Of a stretch of DNA of 63,646 nt, positions 24,500 through 37,800 are shown piece by piece; position 1 is the stretch's first letter, and each line of letters starts with the position of its first letter. The stretch spans positions 1 to 63,646 of the forward strand of contig JAHLWZ010000876.1 of the NCBI GenBank assembly GCA_020536535.1, read 5' to 3'. A program made the position numbers and the translations under genes. The notes under the pieces are model-generated. The model was not told the origin of the DNA, did not search any database, and worked only from the letters and a program-made list of their open reading frames with translations. The DNA comes from Pelomyxa schiedti. Lineage: Eukaryota; Protista; Evosea.

Positions 24500-24888
24500 C
24501 AGTGTTGGCCGGGAAACACTTTTTTTTGCTTCCCGGGTCGTCCCGGGAAGAGAGGGCGTCTTCCCGGGGTTCCCGGGCATCCCGTACATTTCCTTTTTCA
24601 GAGAAAACCCTGGTGGTGAATCCGTCTTTTTCCCTTTTTGGGATGTGGTGCCACGAGCGCCGAGCTTGTGGGGCTATAAACAGGCCACAATTGTATTAGG
24701 TTTTCTTTTCAGCTGGTTCCTCAACTCTGTCCTTTGCCTCGCCGTCGTTGTTCCTCAGGACTTTGAAGTAAATAAGACATTTCTCTAGCAGATCGGGAAG
24801 AGCCGGGAAGACCCACTCATTTCCCGGGAGCGGGACCCGCCCAAATTCTCTTCCCGTGTCCCGTTTTCCCGGGTTCCCGCCAACACTG
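24500..24888. mobile_element. Non-autonomous hAT-type element (MITE), 389 bp
   Basis: TIRs CAGTGTTGGC(C)GGGAA at 24500 and its reverse complement TTCCCGCCAACACTG ending at 24888. Perfect 8-bp TSD CTCGAATA at 24492-24499 and 24889-24896. Dense subterminal TTCCCG/CCCGGG repeats at both ends. Confidence 0.92.
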
Positions 24889-24982
24889 CTCGAATACACT
24901 GTCCCTCGCAACCTTTCAATTCTCAAGAATTCTCAGGGGTATTTTGATTGGTCGGACAATTTCGCTAAGCTGGAACTAAAAG

Positions 24983-25457
24983 ATGGCGAAACAGCGTAAG
25001 GAGTCCATTCTCGAGCTCAACCAGTACCTCAACCATCAGATCATAGTCAAATTCAATGGAGGCAGAGAAGGTGATCCATTTGCTTGGTTTATGCCTTTTT
25101 TCCCCCCCACTTTTTTTTGGGTGGAGTGCCTTGTATTTCGCTGATTGAGCAGTTAGGGGGGTACTGAAGGGTTACGACAACTTACTAAACCTCGTGCTCG
25201 ATGAGTGTGTCGAAAGCATTCGAGGTAAGTGCACTTTTTGTTGTTACACTACACTTGTATTAATATCATTGCCAGTCTTTTAACTGGAGTGGCTTTTTGT
25301 TGTGTTGTGTTTGGCAGATGTTGATGACCCATACAAAATAACTGACGAGAAGAGGACTCTCGGATTGGTTGTTGCACGTGGAAGCCAGCTTATGCTGATA
25401 TCTCCTGCCGAGGGCTGCGAGCAAATTCCCAACCCCTTCCCACAACAATCATCATAA
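24983..25457 (+). CDS. LSM7: U6 snRNA-associated Sm-like protein LSm7 (3 exons; absent from the ORF track)
   Basis: Spliced product MAKQRKESILELNQYLNHQIIVKFNGGRE|VRGVLKGYDNLLNLVLDECVESIR|DVDDPYKITDEKRTLGLVVARGSQLMLISPAEGCEQIPNPF. Confidence 0.93.
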
Positions 25458-25618
25458 ACCCCATCAACATTCCCACGCCTCATCACATCATTCAGCCCAG
25501 AATCACGGCTCGCCCACTTTCACATTGCTTCTTTCTTTGTCTGCAATTGGTGTTTCTCGTAGAACCACACCAACTTTGCGCAATGGACCAATTAATAAAG
25601 AATAATATTCTCCTTTTC

Positions 25619-27397
25619 TTAATTGTTTGTGCAGTCTAAGGCGGAAGCAAGGAACTTGATTCCTACCCTGTCCGCAAAACTAGATTTCCAGCTTGCCCAC
25701 CTCTTGCACAGTGAAAAATTGGGATTTGCTTCAAGGAACGCCACATGGCCACCCTTGGTTGTTACAGCAACTGTACAAAAGTCACTTTTTGCGGCAGCTT
25801 GCTGTGCTAGCCGGATTACATGGGGTCCTGAATAATAAATAAGAGAAATTTGATAGTGAGGAAAAGGTGGACCTGTGATGGGATCGTCCCAAGAACTAAG
25901 GCACAGTAGTGGTACTCTAACTTTGGAGAAGAAATCAATACTGGAGTTCTCTTGATAGTAGCTTGGGTTTGGTTAGATGGAGATAAGAACCTACAAGCGA
26001 AAAAGTAACTGTTGTGCATCTCTGTATCCAAAAAAGACACTTGTTGCGGTGTCATCAAATTCCATCACAGTCTTGGATTGGAAGACTTTCTTTAGGTCAG
26101 CAGAAGGGTGTGTCTTCAAAACATCGATATGCTTTTTGGAATACCTTAACAAAGTAATTGATTCCAATAGAATAATTGAACGGATGTCCTTACTTCTTCA
26201 ATCCTAGTTAAAATTAAGAACAAAAAGATTTCTAAATTTAAATACCTTCAAGCATTTTCTTGTCATACCACCTTGCTGCATAAAGTCAATAGCTATAAGG
26301 ACAACGAAGAAATTCGTACTCATTCTGCTGGTGCGCAAGTATTTGGTAGCCTCTGACAGTTGAAAAGGGCTGCTTACACATAAAACACCCCTGAGCAAGC
26401 ACTTATCTCCTTCTTGCCCAGCATATCGAAGAAGTAGATTGGCCCCCAAGGAGTAGCCGACTGCCAAAAGGGGTGCTACAGGGTATCGCTTATGTATATG
26501 TTTAATTGCTGCTCGCACATCTTCAGTGTATCCTGCACCCAAGTGAGACTGGAATAGAGCAGGTGCAATCAGGAATAGTCACCTCCATTATAGGGTTTTG
26601 GAGAGGTAAGTTTTGTACCAGCAACTCCCCGGCTATTGATAACCTAGGGAAACTCTCAGGTTGGTGAGTGCCAAGGCAAAACACAAACCACTGGTCTCCA
26701 TTTTTTTGCCACTGCTGTGAGAGCCATAGTTCTCACGTTGCTTTCATTGGAACCGCCACTCAGACCATGCACTAGTTAACACCTCAGTTAAATATTCAAA
26801 TCCACCAACACAATAAAACGGAAAAGTACCAGTAGTACAACCACAAGCAAAAAACGATATGTTGTTTCAACATTAAAACAACAATAACAATAGAAATAAA
26901 AATAAAATAAAATAAAGAATAAAATAAAATAAAACCGCAACCACACACATACACACGCGCACGCACGCACCTATAACGAGAATAGGAGCATGAGGCTGAT
27001 CGTCGGGGGACGGAACCCTGCGGTCCTTGAGCCAGTCGATGCCAAGCTGCCCGCCGTCCTCCAGAGCCAGCATCTCCCTGTCGAACGCGGCGACGACCTT
27101 CCTGAACCCGAACAGGCTGATCGTCTGCAGGTGCGCGTTGTGGAACCACGGCAGCGGCCAGTACACCCACAGGCTCTCCCCGCTGGGCTTGGTGGCCCCG
27201 CACTGGTTCAGCACCCGGTGCACCAGCGGGCTCCGCGGCGTCGTCAGCCCCACGCGGCTCACGATGCGGCGGCGGTAGTGCCACCGCGCCACGAGGTACA
27301 GCACCAGCGGCGCCAGCCCCGCGCACCACCACGTCGCCCGGCTCGTGCTCGCTATCCTCGCGGTGATCTCGGCCGTAAGCACTTGGACCTGTTCCAT
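25619..27397 (-). CDS. Alpha/beta hydrolase, ABHD1/3 (YheT/EHT1)-like, with an N-terminal TM anchor
   Basis: NAHLQTI, REMLALEDGGQLGIDW, HGLSGGSNE, NSRG, GYTEDVR, nucleophile elbow GYSLG, DDPI and TTKGGHVAFLE. Confidence 0.88.
26875..26970. repeat. Intronic (AAAAT)n and (CA/CACG)n simple repeats
   Basis: aaataaaaataaaataaaataaag... followed by cacacacatacacacgcgcacgcacgcac. Confidence 0.7.
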
Positions 27398-27675
27398 CCC
27401 AGAGGCTCTCTGCGAGTGACTGGACTCGGTTTTTTTTTTTGTTTTGGCTTTGTTTTGTTTTGTTTTTTTCTTTTTTTGTTGTGTGTCGTCGTTTTCGCTT
27501 CTTATCTGGAGTGTTATGGATTGAAATTGCTATTCCTCGTCTTCTTTGAAGTCTGTGGACGTTGTTGCACGTCTTGGTCATGCAAGGAGTCTATAAGAGA
27601 TAGATAGAAACTGGCGAAACAAAAGTGACACACGAGGTGTTGTCTTCTTTCTAGTACAAAGCAAGGTTTAAACTG

Positions 27676-30600
27676 TTAAAACTTGCTGGTTGGCTTTAAC
27701 CCGTTGAAGACTTGATTAATACGATCCATGCCCCGTAAGAATTCCTTTGGGGGTGTAAGGGTTTTGTAGTATTAAGTGGACCCAACTCGGGACATACCAC
27801 AAAGTCTATGGTACCATTGCCATTAATATCTACAACCATCATCAAGTCCTCCACTTCTTGTTCCGTGATTTCTTTTCCGAGGGATCTCATAAGATCGAGG
27901 AGCTGCTGCTTGTTTATCTGCCCTGTGCCCTCTTTGTCTACAGAAAGGTATCAGGAACAAAAAAAACCCAACCCCATGTGATTGGCAAGAAAGCAGTACC
28001 TGCTTGTGCGAACATATCCTCGTATTGTTTCACTTCATAGGCTGTGAGCTGTTCTTCATTTATTCTCACAGATGTGGCCCCCTAGAAGTGGTTGACATGT
28101 TAGGAAATGCAGGAATTGCTGGAGTGAAAGATAAACCATACTGACAATACAGATTCAGCAATTGAAGGAACGTGCTTAAGAACTGTGGGGGGTGGTAAGC
28201 AACTTCCTCTGCTGTCTTCTTTTCTTGCAGCTGGCACATAAATTGAGAAACGGGATTGAAATAACTTGATAAATCGACACACCACTAAGTACTACTTGCC
28301 CATAAAGTGTGGGCCTCAATTTCCTCGCAGCTGCTGCGATATCAACCTTTTCTTGGAATGATTTCAGTATCCCAGAGTCAGTATCGGTTGGGGGTCTAGC
28401 TTGCTCTTAGGGAGGATTGGGTGTTTGGATTATTTTCTCTACCTCCACACTCTTCGCTTGTTATTTGTGAGCTGAGCACCTGCTTCACTTGTAGTAACAA
28501 CACTTTGTTGCGCGAGGGTCCTCCTGGAAGCAACGTTTTCCACACACTACAAAAACCATAAGCAGTAATGGATGGCAAGGGAAACAACTTCTTGAAGTTT
28601 GGTTGTAACACCCCGAATTTCATTGATTTCTGCCTGTAATGTGGAACTCACATTCTGTAATTCACGTATTTTCTCTTTCTCTTGCACAATGCTTTGTGTT
28701 GAAATGAATGAGGTTATGGGGTATGAAAGTCTCAGAATTACCTCTGTTTAAGGTCTTTAAAGTGTTGTAGATTCGAAGCTAAGGTTTTTTTTGCTGACGC
28801 GATGGCTTGCGATTCAGCTTGTAGCTTTTTTTGCTGGAGAGCTGTGCTTTCTTGTAGAGCCTTCACCTAGAGGTTGTTGACTAAATTTTCTAGTTTGAGA
28901 TAAGGAATACTTTGTTTTCCATGACTACTACTTTTGATTGCCACTCTTCCGACGAGACTTTTAAGCGCTCTATTTCACCCCGCATATTATTTACTTGGGT
29001 CTGTTCTTTGGCAACTTCCTGTGTAACGTGGTCAAGTTCTGCTTGTACAGCTTCATCGCGTTTTTTGAGTGCATCATGTGTCTTTTGCAAAGCTTGCATG
29101 GTAGACTGTTGTTTCTCCTCAAGAGCACTTTGCTCAAGAGTTTTCTTGAGACTCACTGTCTTGACTTGGAGGTGAGTAGATTCAGATAGAGATGCTTGAA
29201 AGTCTTTCTCTGCATTATCGACAGCCTTGTTTTGTGTCTAGGTATCATAAGTCAGAACTGGAAAAAAAGGAAAGAGAGAGGCCTCCAACTCGGATTCAAG
29301 CGCATGAACCGTGCTTTCTTGAGCGTCAATCTGCACTTTTAGCTGGTCCACTTCTTGAACTTTCACAGCTTTTGTTCTGTTGGTATGACCCTTCTGGGAA
29401 GAGGAAATTACCTATTGCATTGTGCAGTACTTGTATAGATGCCACCTCTTCAGGTGCCAAATTCTGCGCCATTATATGCGATTCAAGGGTAAGAGCCTTC
29501 ACGTCAATCAAATTGGCGACTTCAAAAACAAACTCTGTTTAAAAACCTGAACGAGTTTTGCTTTAATGTTGGCAGTTGCTGCTATAACAGTGGAAACTTG
29601 TGTGTGCCCCTCCTCCCTTAACCGTTTTAGCTCCGCCTTGGCCTTCTGCAGGGCTTCAGTGACCGTCGTCACGTCGCCTTTATTTTGTGCTACAGTTTTT
29701 TTCTGTGTACCTCATTACAAACACCATTACAAGGGGAGAAATTTAAACCAGTGCATCGACATCCTCTGTTAGTTTGTGATGGGTAGCTTTTGCGGCATTT
29801 AGTTGTTCTTTGTTTTCTTTCTTATGCTTGAGTAACCGTTTCAACTCAATTCCTAATCTTTGTTTTTCTTTTTGCAGCATATCCAACTTAAGTTGAGCTT
29901 CGTTTACTGCATGAACTTGTCAGAATAAGAATGAAGAAAATGGAAAACCTTTTTCAACCAAAAAAGTTTGCTCCTGTTCGCAGGCTTTAGTACTTTGAAT
30001 CTCCTGGGCATTTAGTCTTGCAAGTTCTTCAGTTTGAGCACGCAAGCGCTCATTGTCAGCAAGAAAAACTTTCCTATTGTCATCTGCTTCCACAATCTAT
30101 GAGTTGGAGTTGAAATGAGGAGGTAGGATTAGGGAGGCTACTTTTGATTGAAGCGAGGCATTTTCTTCAGTCACTTGCCGCAGTGAGTTTTGTAAAGCAG
30201 TGACCTGAGAAGGAAAACTTATTTAAAAAATCACAGTGCACTCTAAACCTTTGCATGAAGTTTTCCTCTTTCCGTCTTTAGAGAATTTTGTTTTGATTTA
30301 TTCTCCTGTATAAGGCGGTCAAGCGATAATCTTGCTTGTGCTACTGCATCCTTTTGCAGTTGGACCGCGGTACGTTTAGTGTCAAGCTCTGCCTTATGTT
30401 CTGTAATTGTCGTTTCGAGCTGGCGAAAATATTACTAAAATTGCGTGCAGATGAGAACGAACCATTTCTCCTTCATAAACCAGTTGTGAAGCCTCCATTT
30501 CAAAGTCAGCATGCATTTTATCAAATTGAACTTTGGCATGGACACATTCAATTGATTCGTCGGGTGCTTTGTCGGCATGTGCAAAATAATTATCATCAAA

Positions 30601-32576
30601 ATCATCATCTGCTGCTGCTGTTGCTGCAGTAGTTATGACGCTTGATGTTGTAGCGAGTGCGGGTGCCGATTTTTGAGTAGACGATGGTTTGGATTGCGGT
30701 GTGGATGTGCCTGTCGATGCTGGCGTTGCTTGTGCTGCAGAGACCCGTGACTGTGAAGTTGTGGGAGTAGCTGCAGTTGATGTTGGAGAAGGAGTTGCTG
30801 TGGGAGTAGGACTAGGTGATGGAGTGGTGCTTGCAGTTGATGGGGTTGACGGGGTTGTTGTCGCCTGGAAACAAAAAAAAAGTTTACAAAGATAAAATCA
30901 CAGAATATAAACGGAATTCATACAGGTGAAGGAGTGGGTACTGGCTTGGCAGATCTTATTGCAACAAATTGCTATTGGTAACGGTAAAACCGAAATAAAA
31001 GAGAAAGTTATTATACAGAGGGAACAGGCTTTGATCTGTCATATTGATCAGACTCCATATAAGAAAGCTGCTTTCGGAGGTCTGTATTGTAAAGCTTTTC
31101 AGCCTGAAGTTCTTCTGTGCGCTGGGCAAGAAGGGATTCAAGAAAGGCTACTGACCGAACTTGGTTAGTTTTTGCTGCCATTTTTATGGTTTTCACTCTA
31201 ATTGCAGAGTGCAGTTAAATCTACTGTGTAATACGTGGGAGAGGCATACGCTTGCCCAAAACGAAGTGTGCTGATGGTCTCATCTGCGTTGAAGGCAGAA
31301 GGACTGCAAGCAAGAAAAAGGGTAGTTTTTGTGTTGCCACGTAGAGACTCCTCCAATATTCTAGTAAGAACAGATTCACGGTAAGGAATAAAGGACTCCT
31401 TTGTTGAAATAGCTTTGATAACTCTGCCCAGGCAAGAAAGGGACTTGTTTATAGTTTTAGCCTGAGGAAAGGTGAGTAAGGATATAAAGAGAAGTTGAAG
31501 TACTTCTTCAAGTCGTTCACCTTCCACACCAGTTTTTCCAACTTTTTCGGAACCAGCCAGATCAATAAAAATCATTTTGGATTTTTTTATTTGATCTGGG
31601 AGTTGCTGCTCAATTTTTATTATCATGAGGCTGCAAGGTAGGTGAATGGAACCAGGTATTAATATGATAACAACCTGTGAGAACGAGAGCTATGGGCATT
31701 CATGTTAGTGGCAGCAACTGTTCTCATCTTGTCACCTTGATCTATTGTTTCCAGTACATCACTTTTTGTTTGACAAAACTGAAATATATCAGCCCAAGTC
31801 AGGTAGTTTTGGAGGGAAGGTGTCCAAAAAGAAGCGTACTATTTCTTGAGCATCTTCCACATAGATCCCTTTGTCAGATGTTTGCCTTATTTTTAGGTTG
31901 TCATGTGTTGGGCACATCAGGTCTCGAATCTTCTCTCGATATATCTCCAAAAATGAACAGCAGACAGAGTTTTTTATAGCTTTGTTATCTTGCAAAACAT
32001 CGAACAGAAAGCTACAAACAATGTTATAATTACGAAATAAATACAGTAGAGTTTTACTCGCAAGCACGTGGGATAACGCCTTTGGTGTCTTCTTTAGATC
32101 TATCCCCAAACATTGTCCAACTTTTCCCAGCACCAGTTTGGCCTGAGAGAGGGAGATATGCATTGGCACCACACATTGAAGAATGAACAACCAACCATAA
32201 GCAAACACTGTGGAATTGTATCCGTCAACTGCTGACCTTTTTTTCACTTGTTGGGAATTGGAAATTAAAGAAAAGGGACATACTGCAGGCATCTCTTTGC
32301 CGTTATGTCGAAGACTTCCAACTGTGCAGTGAAACTCTATGAGGGCAAACAAGATCCCATAACACAACATACCTGCGTCGTGCCCACTTGAAACACGTGA
32401 TCGAAACTGAACTCCGCGGGCCTGTTTTGGTTCACTGTGGAAAGTGTGTTGTCAGCCCCTATCGAGAATTTCCACGTCCCCGGAGGCAACGTAGATTCTT
32501 CCTTCTTCTCCCTTTCATTCTGCGGCCTGAACCGCACTACGACATGAACGAACTCGGCTGGCGGAGCATCACCCAT
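27676..32576 (-). CDS. Kinesin (kinesin-1/KHC-like motor, long coiled coil) with a C-terminal calmodulin-like EF-hand pair
   Basis: VVVRFRP, FSFDHVF, FAYG|QTGAGKS, FLEIYREKIRDL, NAHSSRSH, DLAGSEKVGKT, INKSLSCLG, IPYRES and ETISTLRFG motifs. Tail exons splice in frame to LTAYEVKQYEDMFAQA|DKEGTGQINKQQL...DINGNGTIDFV|EFL. Confidence 0.85.
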
Positions 32577-32875
32577 TTTTTTATGTTTTCTGTTCGTTAC
32601 GTGAAAATCGGAGATTGTCAGGACAGGAAAAAAATCGGTCCGTCCTACGAGGCACCATTTCCCGGCTCAGATGTCAAACAACTTTCTCGACGATACGGAA
32701 GGGGGAACGTTGAATTTAATCGAAACAAATGCCAAGAGTGTTGGAAGAAAAAAGGGAAGGAAGATCTTGAACAGCTGGTGGGAGGGTAGGTAAATGGTTT
32801 GTGTAGTAGTTTGTTGTGTTGGGGGATCTTGTTCATTGGTGCACAGGTGCTCCTTTTTGGCTCCCTCTGCGTAGT

Positions 32876-33869
32876 CTATCTATCCATAAACTTCTTCACC
32901 AAAGGTGCCTTTCCGTTGCCCACATAGTCGTTGACCTGCATTGGCGGCTTGCGTGACGGCGGCTCCTCGTACTCCCTCTTTCCGCTCCTCGCTGCTGCCG
33001 ATGACTCTTGCCTGGGCGTGCGGGTGTGCGCAGCAGAAGCCATTCTGAAGCCAAATACTCTAGGAACATATGTATCTCGGGTCACGGCGGGCACAAATTC
33101 GGGGTACTGCATCAGGAACAACTGCGGGAAAGACGAGCCAAAGTAAGCTCCATCTACTTGGGTATACCGCGATTTATGGGGGTGAAAGATATCCTGGAAT
33201 TCCCATGTGCGAAGTCATTAATTAATACTACAGAAGCACATACCTTGCAGGATGGGCAATACAACTTCACATGGTCGACTTCAGGCAAATCAGAAGTACC
33301 TACTGGGAGAACGGGCTGATCGTCGCATAACACCCTTGGGCAGGTACCAAATTCCTCCCTAACGTACTTCTGGGCCATGAGGCTGATGCCCCTTGCTGTG
33401 GTGATGAACCTGGCGTGGATGAGCCCGTATAGCCTCTCCGCGTTGCCGTGTATGACCTCTTGCTCCTTCTCAGTTAAGTTCTCGTGCTCCACGTTGAGGA
33501 TTATTTCCACTGCGTATTCAAAATTGGGAACCAGGTCTTCCAGGCCAGTGAGGTTGAAATCGTCTTCGATGTACTCCGTGTCTACAGCACACATCATGTC
33601 ATTTGCCCTTGGATCCAAGACAACGTCAACACAGAATCAACAAATCACAACAAGCAACAAACAAAAGAACAAACAGCCACGAGAAGGGCACCAACGCACG
33701 GGTCAGAGAGGAAAGTCTCGGTCCAGTCGGCCTCCTCCGACCCCTCTTCGGCCACCGTCGCGTCGTCTTCCTCTGCTGGGGTGCCTACAGGCCCAGCAGC
33801 AGCCGTTGGGGACGCCCCCGCTCCACCGTTGCCTCCTGCATCATCGTTCCTTTTTTTCTTCCCTGACAT
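32876..33869 (-). CDS. CSNK2B: Casein kinase II regulatory (beta) subunit
   Basis: CAVDTEYIEDDFNLTGL, LYGLIHARFI, FGTCPRVLC, PVLPVG.SD, VKLYCPSCK and DGAYFGSSFP motifs; two introns. Confidence 0.95.
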
Positions 33870-34888
33870 TTTTTAATTTTCTGGTTTCCAGATGGCCGAG
33901 TGATCGGCGAAGACGAGCAGAAAGGGTGGATGGTGAGTGAGGGCGCAAAACAGCATACCCCTCCTCCGTTTTGCAAAAATAAAAGTTTGGGGATTGGATC
34001 TAGCACAGGATGCTAAAGACGGTAGAACTGTTCTCGGAAGCTAGTGAGACTTTAGATCGCGGGATTAGAATGGCAAGAGATTCACCAAAGCTAAGCGTGA
34101 CACCTTTGGCACCATTCCCCTGCGTAGCATTTATAAGATCTCCGTTTCAACGAGATCACAATGGTCGTTAAATTGGTTGAGTAATTGAGTGTTGAATAAA
34201 CTATTGTTGCGTTTGAGTTATTTGGTCTTGTGAAGGAAAAGCTAAGTCGCTATTACGAGCGTCGTGTAGCATAGAACGTGTCTGGAACAGAGGCAGGCAT
34301 TTCAGAATTTTCCCTTTGCGGCTCCGTTGGCAAATCTGTGAGTCCCAAAGTTTGTTGTCTGTTTTCTGTTGACTAAATGCCTCCCTTCGGACAGACACTC
34401 AACAGCCTCGTGTCCAGTGCCATTCAGCCGCGTCTGGTGAATATGGAGTTCTGTGAAAGGATGGAATATGACAGCGTCGTTTCGGTGATATATAGGTGGC
34501 ACCAGCACTGCACCGTTACGGTTTCCACATTGGCCATTGACAGAGGGAGCATAGTAAGAATCAGAAGGATTTCGATAGCATTGCCACAAACACAAGGTGG
34601 GACAAGAAATTCAAGCACGGGTCAGCAAGGTCTTTCATTAAGATGCCCGGGATGCGCTCGCCCCCGGCCCCGGTATCACACCCACCCGGGACGCGGTCTC
34701 ACCACGGTGCTCGGTGGCGCCCTGCCTCCGCCGCTTTCGCCTCGTCCACCCTGGGCGCCCTCTCTTTGGTTCATTTCGTGTCGGTCTACGGCCACGTCGC
34801 TTGTTGGCGCAGGGGTTGACTGCCAAAAGGTCGTGGAAAATGAATTGAATTGTCAAACGGGAACAAAAAAACAAAAAAAAACAAATCG

Positions 34889-37800
34889 ATGCACGGGAGG
34901 GGGCAGGTCAGAGGGATCAGGGCCGGATCTACGACTGTATCGTCACGTGGTGGTCTACACCACAGTCACGTTTCGTCGTCCTGCGTGGCCGCGGAATCTA
35001 CAGTGGCCACTACGAGTGTTTCTACTACAACTACCGCCTATGGCACAGCAACTACACCTGGGATCGCGCTCTCCAATGCAGCTCAGCCGTTGGTCAATGG
35101 TGCCAAGCAATCGCAGATATGTCCGGCATTCGAGAGCGTGGGGCCGCAACCGCAACCGCAACCGCAACCACAGCAAAAGAGGAAGCTGAATATATTCATA
35201 TCGAGGTGTGTGCCCTGGCCTCAGGATCAGCCCACGCCCACACCCCCTGTTGTGGCGCAGCCAGTGGAGAGTGATCACCCTATGGAGAGTACTACAAGGG
35301 AAGGTGATGCAATGCCGCATATATCCGGCTTTGCCCCTCAGGCCATCCCAATGATATCAACAACAGCACCAGTCACGCCAATTGTCACTACCACCACTGC
35401 CACTACCACTGCTACAACGACTACAATTCCAAGTGGTAAATTCTGTTCGGGCGGCACTGAACAGAGTAAGGTTGTGCCAACAGAACATGACAACGCTGCA
35501 GTCTCTGTCAAATCCAAGACAAAAAAACAACAAAGCCGTAAAGACCACAAGAAAGAAGAGAGCACAGAACCTGTGAAGACTTTGAAGACTGCAGAGGCAG
35601 AAGTGCCAACTTCTAGCTGCCAAAATGGAGACACACTGAAAGCAGTTGACGAGTCTAAACCTCTGGAAAACAAGAATGAGCTGAAATCTTTTGTATTTGA
35701 GGAGTATAACAAAAACTTGGCACTCTCAGCACCCTATGTTTCTGCAATGACCAGCACATCTGATAAGAAACCTTCAGCTAAAAAGAGAGCTAACGCCAGT
35801 ACTGTGCCAAGTAGGGGCAGTGCTGCAAGCAATTCGGCAGCACGAACGACAGAATGTCTAGAAAATTTGCTGTCAGTGGTTGAGTGCGTCTCTTGTAGGA
35901 GTGAGGTTGCCAAATACTGCTTTTTTCCCTGTGCTGATGTAATACTCCCTCTTACAGGTTAAGAATGAAGAACCCACATGGCACTGCCCCAAGTGCTATA
36001 TTTTAATGCACTTAGATTGCGCCCGAACCTGGTCCAAGTTCAGTGCTCATAGGCCATCTGGTTTATCCGAAGAGGCATTTCCTAATGTCGAATCTTTCTG
36101 GAAATGGTTTGTTCTTTTATGTTACTGTGCCTTGTAACCTTTTCTAGTCCAATGTGTCAAGCACTCTTTCCTATGAAGGAGGCACCTTCCTATTACTATT
36201 GTTTTTGTGGAAAAATGAAAGACCCTGTGTTTGATCCCTGGGTCCTCCCGCATTCAGTGTGAAATGCAATTACTCTTTTTTTTATCAATACTTCCCCAGT
36301 GTGGTGCACCATGTGGCAAACCGTTGAACCCACCCTGTGGACATTTGTGCTCCCTGCTCTGCCACCTAGGTGTGCAGTGTAGTGCATTCGTCTGTTGGAC
36401 TTATATTTTTTTAAGGGCCCTGTCAACCCTGCCCTCAGACAGTAGTAACACGTTGCTATTGCTCAGCTACCAAGCAAAGCCGAAGGTTCCTTCACACTCG
36501 AATCTTTATTCCACCAACCAGTTCCTTTTCCCAAACAAACTAAAATAGGTGCAGTGATAAAGTATTTTCGTGTGGTAAGAGATGCAATAAGACACTCAGT
36601 TGCACGCACCACAACTGTGAAGAAATTTGTCATTCAGGTCATCCATTTCTAATTATGGAGATCACTAAACATCTCACAGGAGATTGTCCACCATGTAAGA
36701 GGAAAGTTGAAAAAACATGCCTTTGTGAAGCAGTTACACAGCTTGTGACTTGCACAAACAAGCCTTTTCAGTGCACAAAAGTTTGCGGCAAATTGCTATT
36801 ATGTGGAAAGCATAACTGCACCAAGGCATGCCATGCAAAGTGCCTTCATATAGTTTAATTGATGTCCAGGTTTGCCATTCAGATGTTTGCCCAAAATGTC
36901 CATTGGCAGGCACTCGCCGGTGCTACTGTGGAAAGACATGTAAGAGAGGACCTTCATTTTCTCTACTCTCAAAGAATTCTACCAGCCTTTCAGCTGGCCT
37001 GTGACATCCCAACCCCATGCTGTAGTAATCTCTGTGGGAAGGTTGATTAACTGTACTCTCTTGCATGTTCAAATCCCCATTAAGCTTAATACCGCAGGTA
37101 TTGCCTTGTAGGCACTCTTGTCCGGAGATATGCCATCCAGGAGACTGTCCTGAATGCGCTCAAATATCGGTTTTTTTGTTTTGGTCAAGTTTTTTCCCTC
37201 ATTCTTAATCCAGGAAGTACGATGCCGGTGTGGTGGATGCAAGAAGAAAACTGCGTGTTCTTCCAAGTGGAAGTGCCAAAATAAGTGCTCAAAAATTCGG
37301 TAAGGCACTCTTCGTCAGCTAAGGAATTAAACGTAACAAGTAACTGTGGGAGACATCCATGTAACAAGCGATGCTGCAAGAGTTGTCTTCCTTGTTCTCT
37401 GGTTTGTACAAACATCCCAGAAATCACTCTTCTTACCTGTCAGTTCAGATTTGTGATCGAGCACTTGAATGTGGAAATCACAGATGCACACTTATCTGTC
37501 ACCAAGGTTACTCTTAACTTGCTCCCCAATCTTTAAACCAGTTGTAGGACCGTGCACACAATGCCCTAAGACTGGTATGTTCACACCTCCCACCACAGTT
37601 TGTTTTAGTGACGTCGAATTTCCAGCTACAATATATTGTGCATGTGGAAAAACATCTGTAACTGTTCCTTGTGCTTTGAAGAAGAAAACAGCACCCCCTC
37701 CTTGCGACGAGCAATGCACCATTGCCCTCACTTGCCACCATGACATTAAAAATGCCCCTCCGCACAAGTGTCACTTTGGGCCATGTCCTTCATGCAAACA

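Noticed and set aside
27676-28080. Stand-alone calmodulin/centrin gene
   Set aside because: There are only two EF-hands, no own start or promoter gap, and the exons splice in frame to the kinesin tail.
34370-34780. Selenoprotein-like frame with in-frame TGA (…RPC*PV…) on the minus strand
   Set aside because: There are several TGAs, no recognisable selenoprotein family motif and no SECIS that I could identify.
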